A DNA stretch of 64,000 nucleotides from Lingula anatina. Lineage: Eukaryota; Animalia; Brachiopoda. A program made the translations under genes and the position numbers. Location: positions 4,472,954 through 4,536,953 of the forward strand of contig CM120644.1 of the NCBI GenBank assembly GCA_051362555.1, read 5' to 3'. Shown here in pieces: positions 13,260 through 28,533 of the stretch (position 1 is its first letter; each line of letters starts with the position of its first letter). Under the pieces are notes generated by a model. The model was given only the letters and a program-made list of their open reading frames with translations, ran no database searches and was not told the origin of the DNA.

Positions 13260-16200
13260 CGTAGCATATACCATCGTTGCGAAATGAAAGGTCACTGTTA
13301 ACCACAATGAGACTTATCTCCTAAAGTTATCACTGATTAACTTAGTTCAATTGCAAAAGGCTTCTTTGGACATGCAATTATATTTTCGTTGTGTCTCGTA
13401 ATTACACCGCATGCATATATATAGATAGATAGATCGATAGATAGATAGATAGATAGAGAGCATTTTTTATTTAAACAGTATAGTGACGACGACGAGTTGG
13501 AGCTTTCAAGCGTTGACTTTTCATACAAATTTAAGAGTACATATTTTAATTATCCCTACCGATCACGAGTTTACTAGTTTCCTAACATTGCCTTTGGCGT
13601 GATTATCGGAATTTTCCATTCTGCTGTTTTATTCCACTATCTCTACGAGCATAACTTTCAATTTAAAAAATATTTACAAAAAATTAAATTAAAATTTAAA
13701 TATTTAAATTATTCACTCTTGGATCTTATCCCAAATACAGTTAGTGACAAAAACTTACAATTTGATTGTGAAATTAACCAAACAAATGAAATATATGTGG
13801 CTTTGATATTTTATATATTTTCCTAACCCGAAAACAATTTTACACTTGTTGACTCTTTAAGAAATTAAACTCGCACTCAATATGACTCGATATTTTTTCT
13901 TCACTTATTTGACTACATGTACTTATTACTTGCTATTAGGGGTGTGATCCTTTCACTTTTCAACGCAAGTAAAATACAAAAATTGCTTATGTATTGCAGC
14001 ATAATTATTAATTTTTATAAAAGTTATGTATCTGAACTTGACTACCCCTCCCCTCCACATGTTTACATTTTTTTCTGAATTAAAATAGCGACAAACATTA
14101 AGGCTCATTTATACACGAGCCGGAGTTAAGTGCGTTCGTTCTTAAAACTGATGTGAAAACGATTCCGGATATATATATATATATTCATGTATCCCTTTTT
14201 TATTTTGAATGCATTTTGGTAGTCGGGGCATTTGAATTAAAAATTTGGAGGTTTGTCCTATAGGAATGTCAATCACATCTGTTATATCTGACATACTGTT
14301 AAATGTCATTTTGTTTGTGCGAATTGAATCTGAATGGTCTTTTTAAAGTAAAATAATTGAAGGAGACCCAGTCGGGTCGGTTTAGATTGGTGAGATCATT
14401 GAGCCAATATTCTGTACCTATGCCATGGTGAGATATTGATATCTGGGCAATTGGCACGCATTTGAGGTCAATGGGAAGGGTGACCATGAGTCTTGCTCGA
14501 AGCCACTCCTTTTTTTTTTTTTTTTTTTATAATTTCGGTTTGCGTCATATTTTGTGGTTTACAGAATCATGTTTTCTTACATGAGAACAGGATGGCTCAT
14601 TTTTTTATTTTTGTATGATTCAGAAGTTCATTTTGATTATCCGAAAAAAGTCTCATCCATCAGGCCTAGATCTTAGATTTAAAAAAAAAAGCTGAACGAT
14701 GCTATTTTCGTGCCATTGTTTATCTTCGTTTTCCACAGGACTGGGTTTGCTCCCGCTGTTAAATACGCTCACAAGAGTGAATATAAACGCAATTACGGTC
14801 TTTTAGATAAGACCAAAATTAATCTTCTGAGTAAGTTAAGCACAAGGGAACATCCTGACACATAATTACATCTTTTTTGTCAAGAGAATTAGTGATTCTA
14901 CTTACATCAGTATGACGTCAAGTGCTTTAGAAAGTGTTAAGATAAATCTCAGTCAATTAAGCACTGATTAAGCCGATCGTCAATGCATAATATTATAATT
15001 TATACTGTAAAGTAACAGCCTCCTTGTCGCAATTAAAATCCACTGTGTCCCACTCAGTTGGATTTGCGTTATGGTTATCAAATCTATTGCTGTCTTTTAA
15101 TCTGGATCATACTGTTCTTCTCTCAATTAAATGTAAAGAATTGATGCCCGTAATATTTCACAGCTCAGTTTGGTGATATAATTGTTACTAGTTTCAGAGA
15201 GTTTTATGGGTATTTGGTAAGGGTGGTCGATTCAAACTGATGGCAGTCAGCGAGAGTCCCCGTCGAGTAGGATCAATCTACGTAGACCGACCATTCCAAA
15301 GGGAATGGCCCCTTTAAATGAGCTTGGACGAATAAAACGAATTCGCCCAACCATGAATCGATCACTAACTATCTGCTGGGGTTGAACAGAATACAGAAAA
15401 ACTGATTATTATACGTTGCAAATTAGAGGAGGCATGCCAATTTTACTTTTGCAAAAATGTTCCATAAAAGATAAAATGTATGTGATTACAGTAAAAATAT
15501 TTTTTCTTTTCACTTAAAAGTTACATTACGACGAAGAATATGAGAAAATAGCTTTTCCATGTTCTACGCCATAAAATTAAGTCACAAGTGAAAGGTTTTT
15601 ATGACACTACATGTACTTGACTTTGAATTTTTTTATGATAATTAACAAACTAAACATTTCTAATTAAAACCGGTATGCAGCTTTTTTATTTTTTCTGATT
15701 ATGCTAGAAAGTCATTTTCTTTCATTTTCTCTCAATTTTAAAACGAGTCAACAAGATAACGAGGAAGAAGGAAAATGTAGGGATTATATAACGACTAGGT
15801 ACAAAAATATTGAGAATATCATGTTTTCCCGTCACCGTCTTGGTCCGAAAAAATTCCTGGGTGCAGTAACACCCAAGACAGCATTCTTGTGATTATGAAG
15901 AGGTCAGATACAGAAACATTGGTATCTTTGTCTTTTGTCATAAAAGTCAAAATATTGTCTGGGTAGGACAAGGACTAATGAATGATGTGAAAAAAACTAC
16001 GCTTGCCTTTAACACTTTTTTCCCACCACAATCTCTGATGCCAATGTTGCAAGAAAATAATGTATATTTACATGTCCCTCTCTATGACACGTGTCCGGCT
16101 ATAACAAAACAATAGCTATTTACTTCTTTTTTTTTGTCTTTATATTAATCTTGATTCACTTAATTGTTCTTGGACAGCGGAGAGAGTGATGCTTTGATTC

Positions 16201-16869
16201 ATTCGACGTTGTTCATCAGAATAGCAAAAAGTAATGACATACCATATGCTGCCATTTCCCGTCATTTCGAATATCTTTTCTATTTTGCGTGCTTGCGATA
16301 AAATAATTGCTTATTCTTGGAGACCGACTTCCACGGAAAAGGAATAATGGTGTCGCTCGCTGTTATGTTGTTCTATAAATATTTACTCTGCTCTCTGTTT
16401 TTTGTCTTCTTCATCCTACACATTTGCCAGTCATGTCTCTAGAGGTGGTATGTTATGATGGAATCTGATTTCGTGGCTGTTTTCTGATCATGCTCTCTTG
16501 CATTTGGTGGAAGTTTATTGTAGATATGCTTATGTTATGCTCAAACAACAGTGAATTTATATGGAAGGAAATACTCCACCTACCCAAGAGGGTCTCCTTT
16601 ACCTTTTTTTAATCCACATATTTAATTTTACTGTTACGTAAAAACTAGGCAACCGGTAATCGTGTAAATTGAGAGTGTAAGTAATAGAACATTATCCTAC
16701 CTAGCCTGACCAATGAAATATTCCAACACTATATTTTAAATATCGGATCCTAACTGGGAGGGATGCATTGTGATTATGCATTTCATATAGAAGGGAGTTT
16801 CGACCCGCCGAATTGCCAGAATTTGGGTTAAGTACGTTCCTTCATAAGAACCATTCAGAGGGTTAGACA

Positions 16870-17340
16870 ACACCATATCCAAACAGTTACGTGGGCAAGA
16901 CTGCGTAGATAAAGCAGACCACACCCAAAGAAGAGAGCCTGATAACACACCTGCCTCAAAGAAAAATGTCATGACATTAAGGAACTTGACTTCAACATTT
17001 ATAACCAGAATAGGACAAACCACTTGTCTGAGATTACCGTCAAACTTCGTCTGCACAATCGCCATTACTTTGTACAGGGTTGCTGTTCTTAGACCAGGGA
17101 TCAGCGCCTGGAATCTAAGGAAGTCAAGCATGTGAAAAACATGTAAACGAATATTGTGTTGTTAGAGGAAAAGATGCACGTGTAAATGAAATGGTTCCAT
17201 AAACCAGGTGCCAGATTACGAGGTGAGAATTAACATTTCTGGGAAGTGAGACCCCGCAAAACAAGTAGACTAAAAACGTAGGTGTCTGTTGGCCTTTCTG
17301 GGAAGAGACGGATCACGGAATTCCGAGAAACCGTTTCATG
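16870..17340 (+). mobile_element. Possible decayed Penelope-like 3' end
   Basis: NSYVGKT (YIG-like motif) followed by degenerate downstream segments; weak signal. Confidence 0.3.
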
Positions 17341-18440
17341 TGACAACTGCACGTTATAGGTGACGGACCAAGATATCTAAAAGAGAGAGGGTGTAGGCAA
17401 TTTTTGTCTTCTGCCTATCGTTTTCGTGTGCGTGTACATTTCTACACTCGGTACCCCCCTCCCCCACCCTCCACTCCTTTGCGGACTGGACAATCAGGGT
17501 AATGGGCACTTGTCAATCAAAATGCCTCGGAGTGGAGATGGGGGCGGGGGGAAGTGTTCAGTTCCGGAAATGTTAGGAAATGTGCTACATAAGAGCCACA
17601 TTCTGAGTTATATGGACAAGATAGTTTGCCCTCATTTTGTTTATATGTTATTGTTATTATTAAATGTGCAATTTTATACAATTGGGGAATATTCCAGCCT
17701 TGTTAGAGGGGATGAAGTTCCAACCTCCAAAGTTCCGATATGTATCAAATGTGCTTCTCTCTCTCTCTCTCTATCTCTTAATAAATTGTATCTGTGGTAT
17801 TTACACAAGCTCGCTGCTGCGCGTTTCTACCTGTACGCTTACGTTAATTGTGATCTAGGTCTTTTAATTAGTTGCAAATATAGGCTTTACACGAGATTCG
17901 TGTTTAACTCCTAGGCACCTAAAACTGTTGTTAATTCTGTGTTTCCACAAAACAGTTTGACTATAACGTCGGTGGAAATAAGTTTGACCTAGGTTTTGAC
18001 GTAACGGAAAAATTCTAACGCTTCGAACAAGTGCTTACGTGCGTGCGTGCGTGCATATATGATAATTAAGAGCAGCATTGCACTACATATATATGCATAT
18101 GCGTTATTACATATGGTAAAGGCAATTTGCCTGTCTTTATCCATTAAATAAAATTTGCAGTACCGTATGTGGAAAGCCATCTCTGTGCCAACGTACAGAA
18201 CTTTTTGACGCCAAGCACAGACACGTCAGGCGCGGCCCCCAATCCAGAGACTGTACAGATATTGTACAAAATACCAAAATGTGGCTTTGATGTTTTTACT
18301 ATGGTTTGCTTTATTCATTGGTTTTACAGTCAGTAAATTTTTGTGGGAAAATTCCTATTAGATTCTGAGTAAAGAAAATGGGTTCTTGATATTATGTTCT
18401 GTATCACTTTACGCATTGCGTTAGTAGTGACGCTTTTTTA

Positions 18441-18498
<58 letters not shown>
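18441..18498. repeat. (ATT)n microsatellite
   Basis: Read directly; similar tracts at about 143-174 and (AAT)n at about 19963-20009. Confidence 0.95.
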
Positions 18499-19066
18499 TG
18501 CTAAGGGAGTATAAAAGAATAGAATGATATTGTTTAATGTGTTGATAGTGCTTTGTTCCATGATTTCAAAAAAAAACTATTAAAAAGCATATCTCAGCTG
18601 GGCGGAAATGAAACGCATTAAATGGTAAAAATATCAGTGGTCTTAATCCAGACGTCGCCAACATAACTTCCAAAATAAGACGGACAGTGACACTTGTAAG
18701 GAATGAATGCCCTTTTGCTGACAGTTCAAAAACAATTTCCTGAAGAAATGAAATGACAGCTTAATCAGGAAATGCAATCACAGTGCAATCTCTTGGAATG
18801 AGGAGATTAGAAAACCTCGGCTCTTAATGAATTTTGAGATTAACTTATTGAAATGCCCACATGGTTATAACCAGAGCCTCACTTACTGGGAAAGCTGCAA
18901 TTGTCCAAGAAACAGCTGGAAAATATATCAGTGGTCCAAAATTTCCTAAAGGGTTAAAACGTGTCCTACCCAGTCCAAAATTATTGACTGCCGTTAATAT
19001 CGCCTGAATAATGGAACCTTTCACATCGACTTCTGTATCTCACCAGTTGGACTTGTAAAACAGTTT

Positions 19067-19249
19067 GAGCGCAATCAGAACAGCGGACAGCTGATCTGTG
19101 GATCAAATATGACAGGCCCACTTAAATACTTGTTGCGTAATCCCCGCGGGGAATCTGTTCAGTGTCTTATCGGGAATTAAGCGGTAAGTTTTTAGTGGGC
19201 CGCCATATTTGATCCGCGGATCTGTTAGTCCGCTGTTCTGGATGTGATA
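19067..19249. mobile_element. Older MITE related to 2443-2617
   Basis: Inverted arms CAGAACAGCGGAC...GGATCAAATATG...GCCCACT resemble the TIR of the 2443 element; the termini are decayed. Confidence 0.65.
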
Positions 19250-19962
19250 TTTGAGTTACAAGCAATTACCCTACAACGGAGAGAGGGTTTCTCCGTTTTA
19301 CAAGCGTCAATGTACCAATCAAAATTAATCCGCTTAACTGGTTGCGTCAAGCGCAGGGGCTTTCTGTTATGGTGAATCTTTTACGGAATAACCTTCAAAA
19401 GCAAGTGGTCAAACTCTCATACTGGAACTTTACTGAAAACTTAACCGCTTCATGTAACCAGGACCATAGTTAATTTTGGTATAGATGAGGTAGTGTAACA
19501 ATACACAATGCAATTATTGCGAATGATGTGATAAAGCAAAATATTAATTTAAAGAAGATGCAGTAACATCAACTGTGTTGCTGTTAAATGGATTGCTTGG
19601 TGTTACCATGGGACGTTATCGTCTACGCTTTATTTCCATGGTGTAACACAAGCTGTGGATGACGGTAGGGATGTGTTTTGACGTCATCCAGTCATCAGGA
19701 TATATACCAGGATACGACACTGGATGTGTTGCTAAAGATAGAAAAAAAACACAAGCATTTTTTTCTTTTAATCTGCGAAAACACGAGGGCAAAGTGTCAC
19801 ATGCCCGTAACCGATTGCATTTTGGACAGTGGTGATTCTATTTTTATCTTTTTAAATAATAAGCGGATCTTTATGCACTTAGCTGACCCAACTTGAAAAA
19901 TGGCAATAGAAACATAGAACCTACAGGTTGTCAACTCCTGTTTCAGAGCGGAACTTTGTCTA

Positions 19963-20009
<47 letters not shown>

Positions 20010-23000
20010 GTATTTTTAGTACTAAATGATATGGATACATTTGCAGGTTCACTAGACTATATATATATAGACTACATGATTTACATAATATATAAGGATA
20101 TACATTTATATATGTTTACATATGTAGTATGCTAAATTACACATGTGATAATGCATGTTATGCTATAAACAAAGTTCACAAAGGGCATTGTTGGCGTAGA
20201 CCTATACAAGTTGACGTGAGATACCTTAGGAAAGTTAAGTTATAACGGGGAATTTGGATTTGTCAATATTTGACAAGGGTAAAGGATCTATAGAAGGCAA
20301 AGAAGGGACTGGGGGTGCACTTAGGCCAAGAAAGGAACCGAAAGGAAACACATGCAGCAAATGTTACTGATCTCATCGAATGAAAGCAGAAGGATGTTAA
20401 AGATCACGTGAAAACATGAAGCAAACTGATTCCAATTAATTGATGTCCGTAATCGATATCCATTATTGAACAGAAATATGATCAGCCAGGAGACGTCTCA
20501 CTGTCTCACGTCTAGATCTGGCACGATCGAAACGAAATTTCCGCAAATATTCCCATGATGTCATTCCGTTTCATTGGAATCTGGGTTAATAATTTGTCAG
20601 TTCTTTTTCTTTCTTGCCTCCGGTGATTTTAATACTCTGGTCTCTTTAAATTTTACATGTAATTTGGAATAAGAAATGACGATTTGTTTCAAATTACTGT
20701 GGGTTTCCTTAGGACTTCATTTCCCTTGAACTGGGAATAGTAACAGCTCTAACAAAATTGAATAATAATAATAATAATAATTGCCTTTTTCATTATGGTC
20801 AAAAGTGGATTTGTTGGGATCCCGTAGAACAGACATCAATTTTTTTTTTTTATGTCGACAGCGAGAGTTCGTTGGGGGTGTACAGAACCTGTATTTTATA
20901 CAGTGCAGCTTACAAGGCCACTTGCTGTAAAAGACTCTCATTGCAGTAGTTGAGACAATCTCAGCGTATTGCGTGATGTCTTCGCCAGGCATATTCTTCC
21001 CATGGAGGCTTACAGGTCTTAAACGGCATCAGTGGCAAAAAGGGCATACGTTATTCCATGACCTGAAATCTTTTTAAGCATCAGTTAATTGCTATACTGG
21101 CACTTTCAGAATGGGTGGGAGAGGGGGGCATGGAGTTTTGAAATGTCCACATCTCTTCGTTTTACTTATCTTCAAGGTATTAGTATCTCAAAGATTCCAG
21201 CAGAGGCCACATTTACAGTGAGATGAATAGGTCGACTGGCGACTGATTTAATTACTTGAAAAGTATAGGGTCCAGAAAAGAACCATTATGTTAGAAAAAG
21301 AGACCTTATAGAATAAGTATATTAAAATAGAAGTTGACGCCTTGATGTACTTGTTGAATATTTTCTATCCATAACAAAAAATTTACAACAATGCTTTTAT
21401 TATTCATTATTGCTTATTTTTTCTAGTCATTTACTTATTAATTTTATTTATCTACTTACCTTATAATTTGTCTGTGGAGGGCGCATGTTGGTTTAGAAGC
21501 AATTCAAATGTGATGAAATATCCCAGGAAACCCTGCTCACGTACATGTATGTGGTCCCTTTATCATCTTCCACATACTTCTCCTAAATAATACATAATGG
21601 AGCACAGGTTTCAAACGACTGCGCATGCACGAAAAGTGCGCTGTTTGAAATAAACAAGTTGGTGAAATTGACAAAGCCTGCCGGTGTTTACCGTCTGGTT
21701 GATTTTATTTCATTTGCTCTCTGGTGTCTTTTTGAAAATTTATATTAGAAATGTTCTATTGATTTTATGTTGTAAAAAGTAAATCCGCCGGAATTCCTTA
21801 GAATAACATTTATTTTACCTTCATTTTAAGGGGATTTCCATTGTATTTATAGTGTTATACATGTATGTGGCCCCAAAGGGGATTTTTCACCCCTCCCCCA
21901 CTCTTGATTAATAAAATTCTTTATGGGCCAGATTGAAAATAATATTGCAAAATACATTAAAAATCGTAGGAAGGTTAATTGCAGATAATGCTGTAAGGAT
22001 TTTCTTATCGTGGGGCGAACTCGGCCAATATAAAGTTTTTAACTTCGTCTTACGATTTTAGAGCGCCTGTTCTAATTTTTGAAAGCGAGGCAATGGAACC
22101 AAACAATACGATGCAATATGTAATCTCGTAAAAATTGCTATTTTTAAATAAAGAGCATAGCGTGGAGTACATTGAAATGCAACTCGTTTATTATTATGAT
22201 CTTCAATAATAGTTAATATAAAATATACAATATAATAAGTTCTTGTTCTCGGCCTATTTATTAACTTAATTTATTTTTTTTAATATTTGGAGATTAAAAA
22301 CACAAAAGTTGTCTGGTTTCATATCGAGGCACTCCGTTTCATTCGTGTGCTACATAATGGACATACTGCACTTGACTTCTGGGGTCTAATGCACTTTTTG
22401 TTATATTTGTCTTCGGGTCAGTCTATCTCACCTGGCCAGTGTTAGCCGCAAAAATGAACGGAGGCGGGAGTTATTGATCATTTTTGAAAAGCGACCTCAG
22501 TATTCCCTGAAGATGGAAGAAAAAGAAAGAGACTGAAAACGTATGCCCGACAAGACAAATCCGTGTCAGAACACTACCTTTATCAGAAATTAGTTTTAAA
22601 ATGAATTAACAAAAAGAGCTAATGACGTATCTGTTTTTAAGCGGTAATATTTTTGATTAATTTATTTCTTATGATACATGGCAATCGCTTTATTTCATTT
22701 CTACCTGTATGTCTTAATCATTCTCTTCTTCACACATTTTGTTCATCTAGAGGTAAAAATTATTGTTGTAAAGTCTACTGAACATTAAACAGATTCTAAA
22801 CAAATGTATAATCTGTGTTTAAGATTATGCTGATAATCTGATACATCCAATGTAAAACTAAAAATAAATAGTATTTTATTATAGTAATTGTATGATTTAG
22901 TTTACGTGTTATCCTAGTTTTTCTTCACTATTCAAAACTATGGATTTTATTAACGACGGTTACAAATATTAACTTTTTTTAAGTGAAATGGGGAGCGATT

Positions 23001-23869
23001 GGAACTAAGATGCATCGTTTACATTTGAAAATCGACCCAAAAACAATAACCCCTTACCTGAAAAAAAAAATATTATAAGGGTTTATTGATAACGACAGTA
23101 CAACTTCAATACTAAATTTTAAAAGTGAATAGATGATCCTTTTTATTTTGGCCTGTGTTCATCAATTCATAACTATGCTTTACATTTTTTGGATTTGATA
23201 TAAAAACAAGAGTTGTGTCAAGAGATAATATGCTCCCCTGATGTCAACATATTCACCAAAATCTCAATCAACCCAGAATCGACGGTGGCAATATATGATG
23301 AGGATTCCTTTATATCCTATTGAAATGTCTATTAGGGTCGAGATACCAGTACTTATATGATAGTGCACGTGAACCCCATTTATCTAATCGAACCACGCCG
23401 CAAAACCTAAGGCCTTAGTTATCAGTTATGTTGGCAAGACCACCCTGTTAGACGTAAGAGAGAGAAAAGAAAGAATATTTGACAAGGCAAACCCTTGACT
23501 GACCATTAACAGCATAAAGATTTTTTAATTTGAAATGATAGGGAAAGATATATGTGACTAAGCTGTTTGTAACGATACGACTTTAATTCAGTTATGAACG
23601 ACATACCCAAGGTTGGTAAAAAAAAATACTTCAAGAAGCAAAACGGATTAGGCTTAACTAGGACTGCATTTACCTCAACAACAACCAAATTTCTGCTAAT
23701 TAATATTAAATATTATTTATTCACATATACATGTACCTAGAAATGTTACATTGTATGTGACCGTGGCGACACACGCTTTATTCGGTTTTAGGTAAAATGC
23801 GAGTATTTTTCTTTCGGTATGAATGTCAAATGTCGAAATGTGTATTCCTGGACCATCTCTCGTTGACGC

Positions 23870-24260
23870 TCAAGGTGTTGTGTCTTATATCGCACGGGTA
23901 ACTGTATATTATCTCACGCATAAATTTAAAAAAAAAAAGCAATATCAAAATTGTCAACTTAATTGAGGAATTTTGTCAGCAGTATCGAAACGCCAAATGA
24001 AAAATGCGACAAGGCTGTCGTTGAAATGATCCAAATACGGGTTTGGAAGGAGAAATATTGAGAAACGTTGTGGCGATGGTTGGGATACGTTTTTATGTTT
24101 TAAAGAACAATAGATAGACGATGTTCTCGTTGGGTTTTACATGTATCTTGCACAAGAAAGATAAGACGTGAGTTTGAATATGAGAGTAGAATGGAAATTA
24201 GTTGAGCCAAAGAAAATTTGGTGTAGAAAGTTGATATGTATGGTACCATTCTTAGCATGA
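23870..24260 (+). mobile_element. Decayed RTE-type LINE C-terminal fragment
   Basis: WRWLGYV (RTE motif RWRWLGHV) at about 24070, with degenerate upstream similarity and many stops and frameshifts. Confidence 0.4.
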
Positions 24261-25785
24261 AAGGGAGTGCTTTGCAGGAAGATATAAAAAACAGATATTT
24301 CAAAAATAGCGGAATACTTAAAAATAAGAAGAGATACCGCCACGGCTTGAACAATGATTCCGATATGCCAGGAATCCGACTTCCATCATTTGGTGTGCGG
24401 AGACATGATATCAATAACAACCAGATGATACAGACTGTTTTACAGCACACCTGGCCCGAAAAATTAGCTGAATTGATCGTGGGTATTAAGGCAATAAAGA
24501 AATCCCCTGCAGCTGTTGCGGTCAGTTAATTCTCTAGCAGTACACGTGTAAGGAAACGGCGTATTACAAACATACGCGGATTTATTTCGGTTCTTTCCAG
24601 TTGGAAAATGTGATTTTGGGTATAAACGTACATGTATATTTATGCAAGTTCAAATATGCTTCCTTTCTCTGTATCATAATTGGTATTTAAACGCGTGTGA
24701 GAGTATGAATGGTTGCTTGTCTACATACACGTGCGCACGCGTGCGTGTGCGTGTGTGTGTATGTGTGTGTGTGAGAGAGAGAGACGTGATATGTTTTCAT
24801 GGCTCTTACTTTATTCTGCATTATATCATACCACTGGAACAGAATACAATTAGAAAAAATATGATGAAGTATATTTATTTTTCTTTTGGTAAGACGACAA
24901 CAAAATCAGTATTTTAATATAAACTAACGATATTTGGCTGAACGCAATATTTTACTATCATTTTTTGGAAACCTATGATGAACAACTACTGCCCAAGCTT
25001 GTTGCACAATGTAAAAGCGTTTACTTTAAATAAAGACCGATAGTCAAAACTACAGAATGCAAACGAATCGAACTATCATGTCTTTTTCTTTTATTTATTT
25101 TTTATTCGGTCTAATCCCACGCCCATGTTGATCCTATCATGGTGAGCACGTGACTTCCCACGCTCACATTGCTCTCATTGCGTCCACCTGTCTAGCGTCA
25201 GACTGCTCCAACACGGTCCTTTGAAAACTAAGCGCGCACTGCGTCTCTCAGCCGTGTCCGCCGGGTCTCCGGGCCTCCTCTTGTTACGCTTTGTTGGGGT
25301 AGACTTTCTTTTTAATGGGAGCCGCGTTGAGTGAGCTAATAACGATCTGTCCCGCGATCAAGTTTAGGCACTGTCCGTAAATCAAAATAATCGCCAGCAG
25401 TTGCTTTAAGTTGTTCAGATATGCTCTGTGTAGGTCAAAATACCCACCAGAGAAAACGTACATCATGAAAAGTGGGGATGTTTTCGGTTGAAATGGAAAG
25501 GGGTGTGGCAAGGCAAGGAATGAGATCGACCTGGGAATGAAGCACTTCATCCAGTTGGCCTCATTAATTTATCGATGATTCGATAAAGATCGATGCGATG
25601 AAATAATTAAGACTGTCCGGAGATCGGTATTTCAGTGTTAAATCAACCTTAGCATTTCCACAAAAAGTGAAAAATTCGGTCACTTCGATCACGCAAAGAT
25701 TTTTTTTTTGTAATATTTGCATATCCGATTTATTAATTATTGTTCCTCCTCACCCACCCACCCACAATCATACACACGCACACAT

Positions 25786-25822
<37 letters not shown>

Positions 25823-25940
25823 ATTTTCACTCGGTTTTTTGCTAGTTATAAATGCACGGCATGTGACTCCCCCTCTCTCCGTAGCTCTAACATTCAGAAT
25901 GGTCACCCCCCCCCCTCCCAACGCCAATTATTATTATTAT

Positions 25941-25979
<39 letters not shown>

Positions 25980-28533
25980 GTCTGATAATGGCGTGATGCA
26001 CCTCTTTGTTTTCAGCACCTGGTCAGTAATATTTAATATGTCAAAATGTTGCTCTTTTTTCCACCCTCATACATAGTACAAGTGTAAAGATCTTATGATG
26101 CTTGACTTATTGGTTATTTTCATGACTAATTGGACAACAAGACTGTATTTGCTTGTGGCAATTTCAAATCACAAGCCAAGGATAGCTGCAAAACTATTAT
26201 CTAATCGCTTCTTTTAATAAAATGTTTTTTTTTCAAATTAAAATGTTTTTTTTTTTTCAAGAGAACGTTTAAAAATTGAAACATAATTTTACGCATGAAC
26301 AGAGAAACAAACGTTCCCCGTGAAGTAAACATTGGAGCATGGGTATTCCAGTACTTCAACAGAAGATATCTTGTCTACACTTCTCTCTGATGGCACGCCG
26401 CAAGACCCTTCCGGTGGAGTGATATTGACCAGATAGATGGAGCATACAAGATTCTGCGGGTGCCTTCTTAAATAAAAATACAAAACCAGGAAAACTCTCC
26501 CGTCATATGTCTTTGTAGAACACAAGATAGAAATTTGTTCGTTTTGCTTGTTTTATTTCTTGGACGGTATCTAGAAGGGGGTTTCTCCGATGGCACGCTG
26601 TGCCCCCCCCCCCCCCCCCCCCCCCCCATCCGACCCAACATTTCACTGTCATTGCATGGGCGGAATCCATCTTCACTTTCAATCTATTGGAACAAGATCG
26701 CGCCGCCATGTTGGTTAAATTATGTCACGTTTTTAATTGAGCGTGTGAAAACTGAATCATGAGCAGGCGCTCTCAATATATCACGCGCGCTGGGAAGACA
26801 AAAAAGTCGATGACCTGAATTGTAAAAGAATGTTTTTGTTTTCAAAATATGTATTTTCCTTTACGTGACAAGCTCGCTCGGACTTTTTGAGCACATTAAT
26901 ACATTTGAATTAAAATATCCATTTTAAATATTCTTTGAATGTCAGCTAGTCTAGACAAAATATGACAAATATTTAGTAGAATCCTCATTGCAACTTACAT
27001 CATAATGGACCGTTACCCTCTCCCTTTGGCTTCATTAATTACTTCTGATGAATGAGTTTTGTCAAATAAATAAATTTCTTAAGAGAAATAAGATAAAAGA
27101 AAATTAATCAAAACAAATACAACCAACGCTCTCTCTCTCTCTCTCTGTTCTATCGGTAATCGGCATATCGCCTCACAACAAGAGCGTCAAAGTGGGCGTA
27201 CTTCGACATCTAATACTAATAAGATCACGTAGGACCCGGGACCCAGGAACAGAAGGAGAAGCAAAACTGGCAGTAACAGCAGTAATCGCTGCAAAATAGC
27301 TTTGCCCTGTGACCTGAGAAAAATCGCGGCGATCACTAGGGCGCAGTAATCGTAATTAAAGTTGACGGTAATTGTAAATGGCTTGGTTGTCCCGCCGTAT
27401 TAACGAGTGCGTAAACATAACGCGAGGCGATGGGCGAAATAACTAGCAGCTGCGAGTCGTTCTAGCCCAGTGATCGGGGATATTAATAGGAAGCCGTTCA
27501 GAATCGGCCTCTGTTTTTGCTCAGCTGAGAGTGAGCCTGCGCTCAACTTAGGATCAGCTTGGTTACAGCCACTGTTTAGTTCCAGCTACTCCAGAGCAAA
27601 AGCGGAACTATCCCAGTTTTGCGTACGTTTTAAGACAGGAATCATCCGGGTTTGCTTCAGTTCAGCGGAAATCTTCAAGCATATTTCAGTTTGGATCAGA
27701 TCGGACAGTTTGCCTGCTGAACTCCTCGTCAGCTAGGGGACTACAGTACAGACGATTCCGGGCAACTCCTCGGTTCAGTTACCACCCAGTCACACTCTCT
27801 CTGCTCTGTGTTACTTGGAGTTTACGCAACGGAATCGGGTATTTGAGCATGCCATTGCCAATAACCTAATTTCTGAAGCTATCTACAGACCGAGTCGTCG
27901 ACCTATATTGAACTACTACAGAAAAAAATGAGACAGAGGCGTCAATAATTTCTAAAATTCCTACAAAGCTTTGCCAACTAGCAGAGCAACAACAGAAAGC
28001 TTTGTTGAGAAGGAGTTTGAAACCTGGAATCTGAAACTTGGCCTATAGCCTAGGGTAACAAACTGCGTGAGAGACATTGTTCTTACTTTTTCGGAATTTA
28101 ACATTTTTAAATTTTGAAAAAAAAAGTTGACAATAACAAACTTCGTATATTCTCTTAAATGTGAATTTCTTATGAACTAGGAGTGTATGGGAACGTCGCA
28201 ATAACTTCAAGAAAATACAAGACTGAACGACGCAAAGAGACCTTGGGCCAACATTAAGGAGTGGAATGTTTGTCCACATGTAGACGAATTTAGAAAAAAC
28301 GTACTTTGGGTATGTGACATTAATCATAGCAACTTCTGTGTAACACGGTAATACTGTGAATTCAGGATGGAAACATAGCAGTGTTGGGTTCCTTAGAAAC
28401 ACGGAAAGGTGAATAGGGGAATTTCCAGAATCTGAAGCTCTCAGAATTGGGGCGGCAAAACACCTGTCCATCACTGTACTGCATCGTCTGCTTCATTCTC
28501 ACGGTCGTCTGCTTGTTGGGAACGCCATCCAAT

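Noticed and set aside
26012-26028. REST/RE1-like TTCAGCACCTGGTCAG
   Set aside because: The half-site spacing is one base short and the right half mismatches; it is more simply an E-box.
28447-28533. Hydrophobic N-terminal extension of the bHLH ORF from a TTG
   Set aside because: The start is non-ATG, a signal-like peptide is implausible on a nuclear factor, and ATG 28534 has good context.
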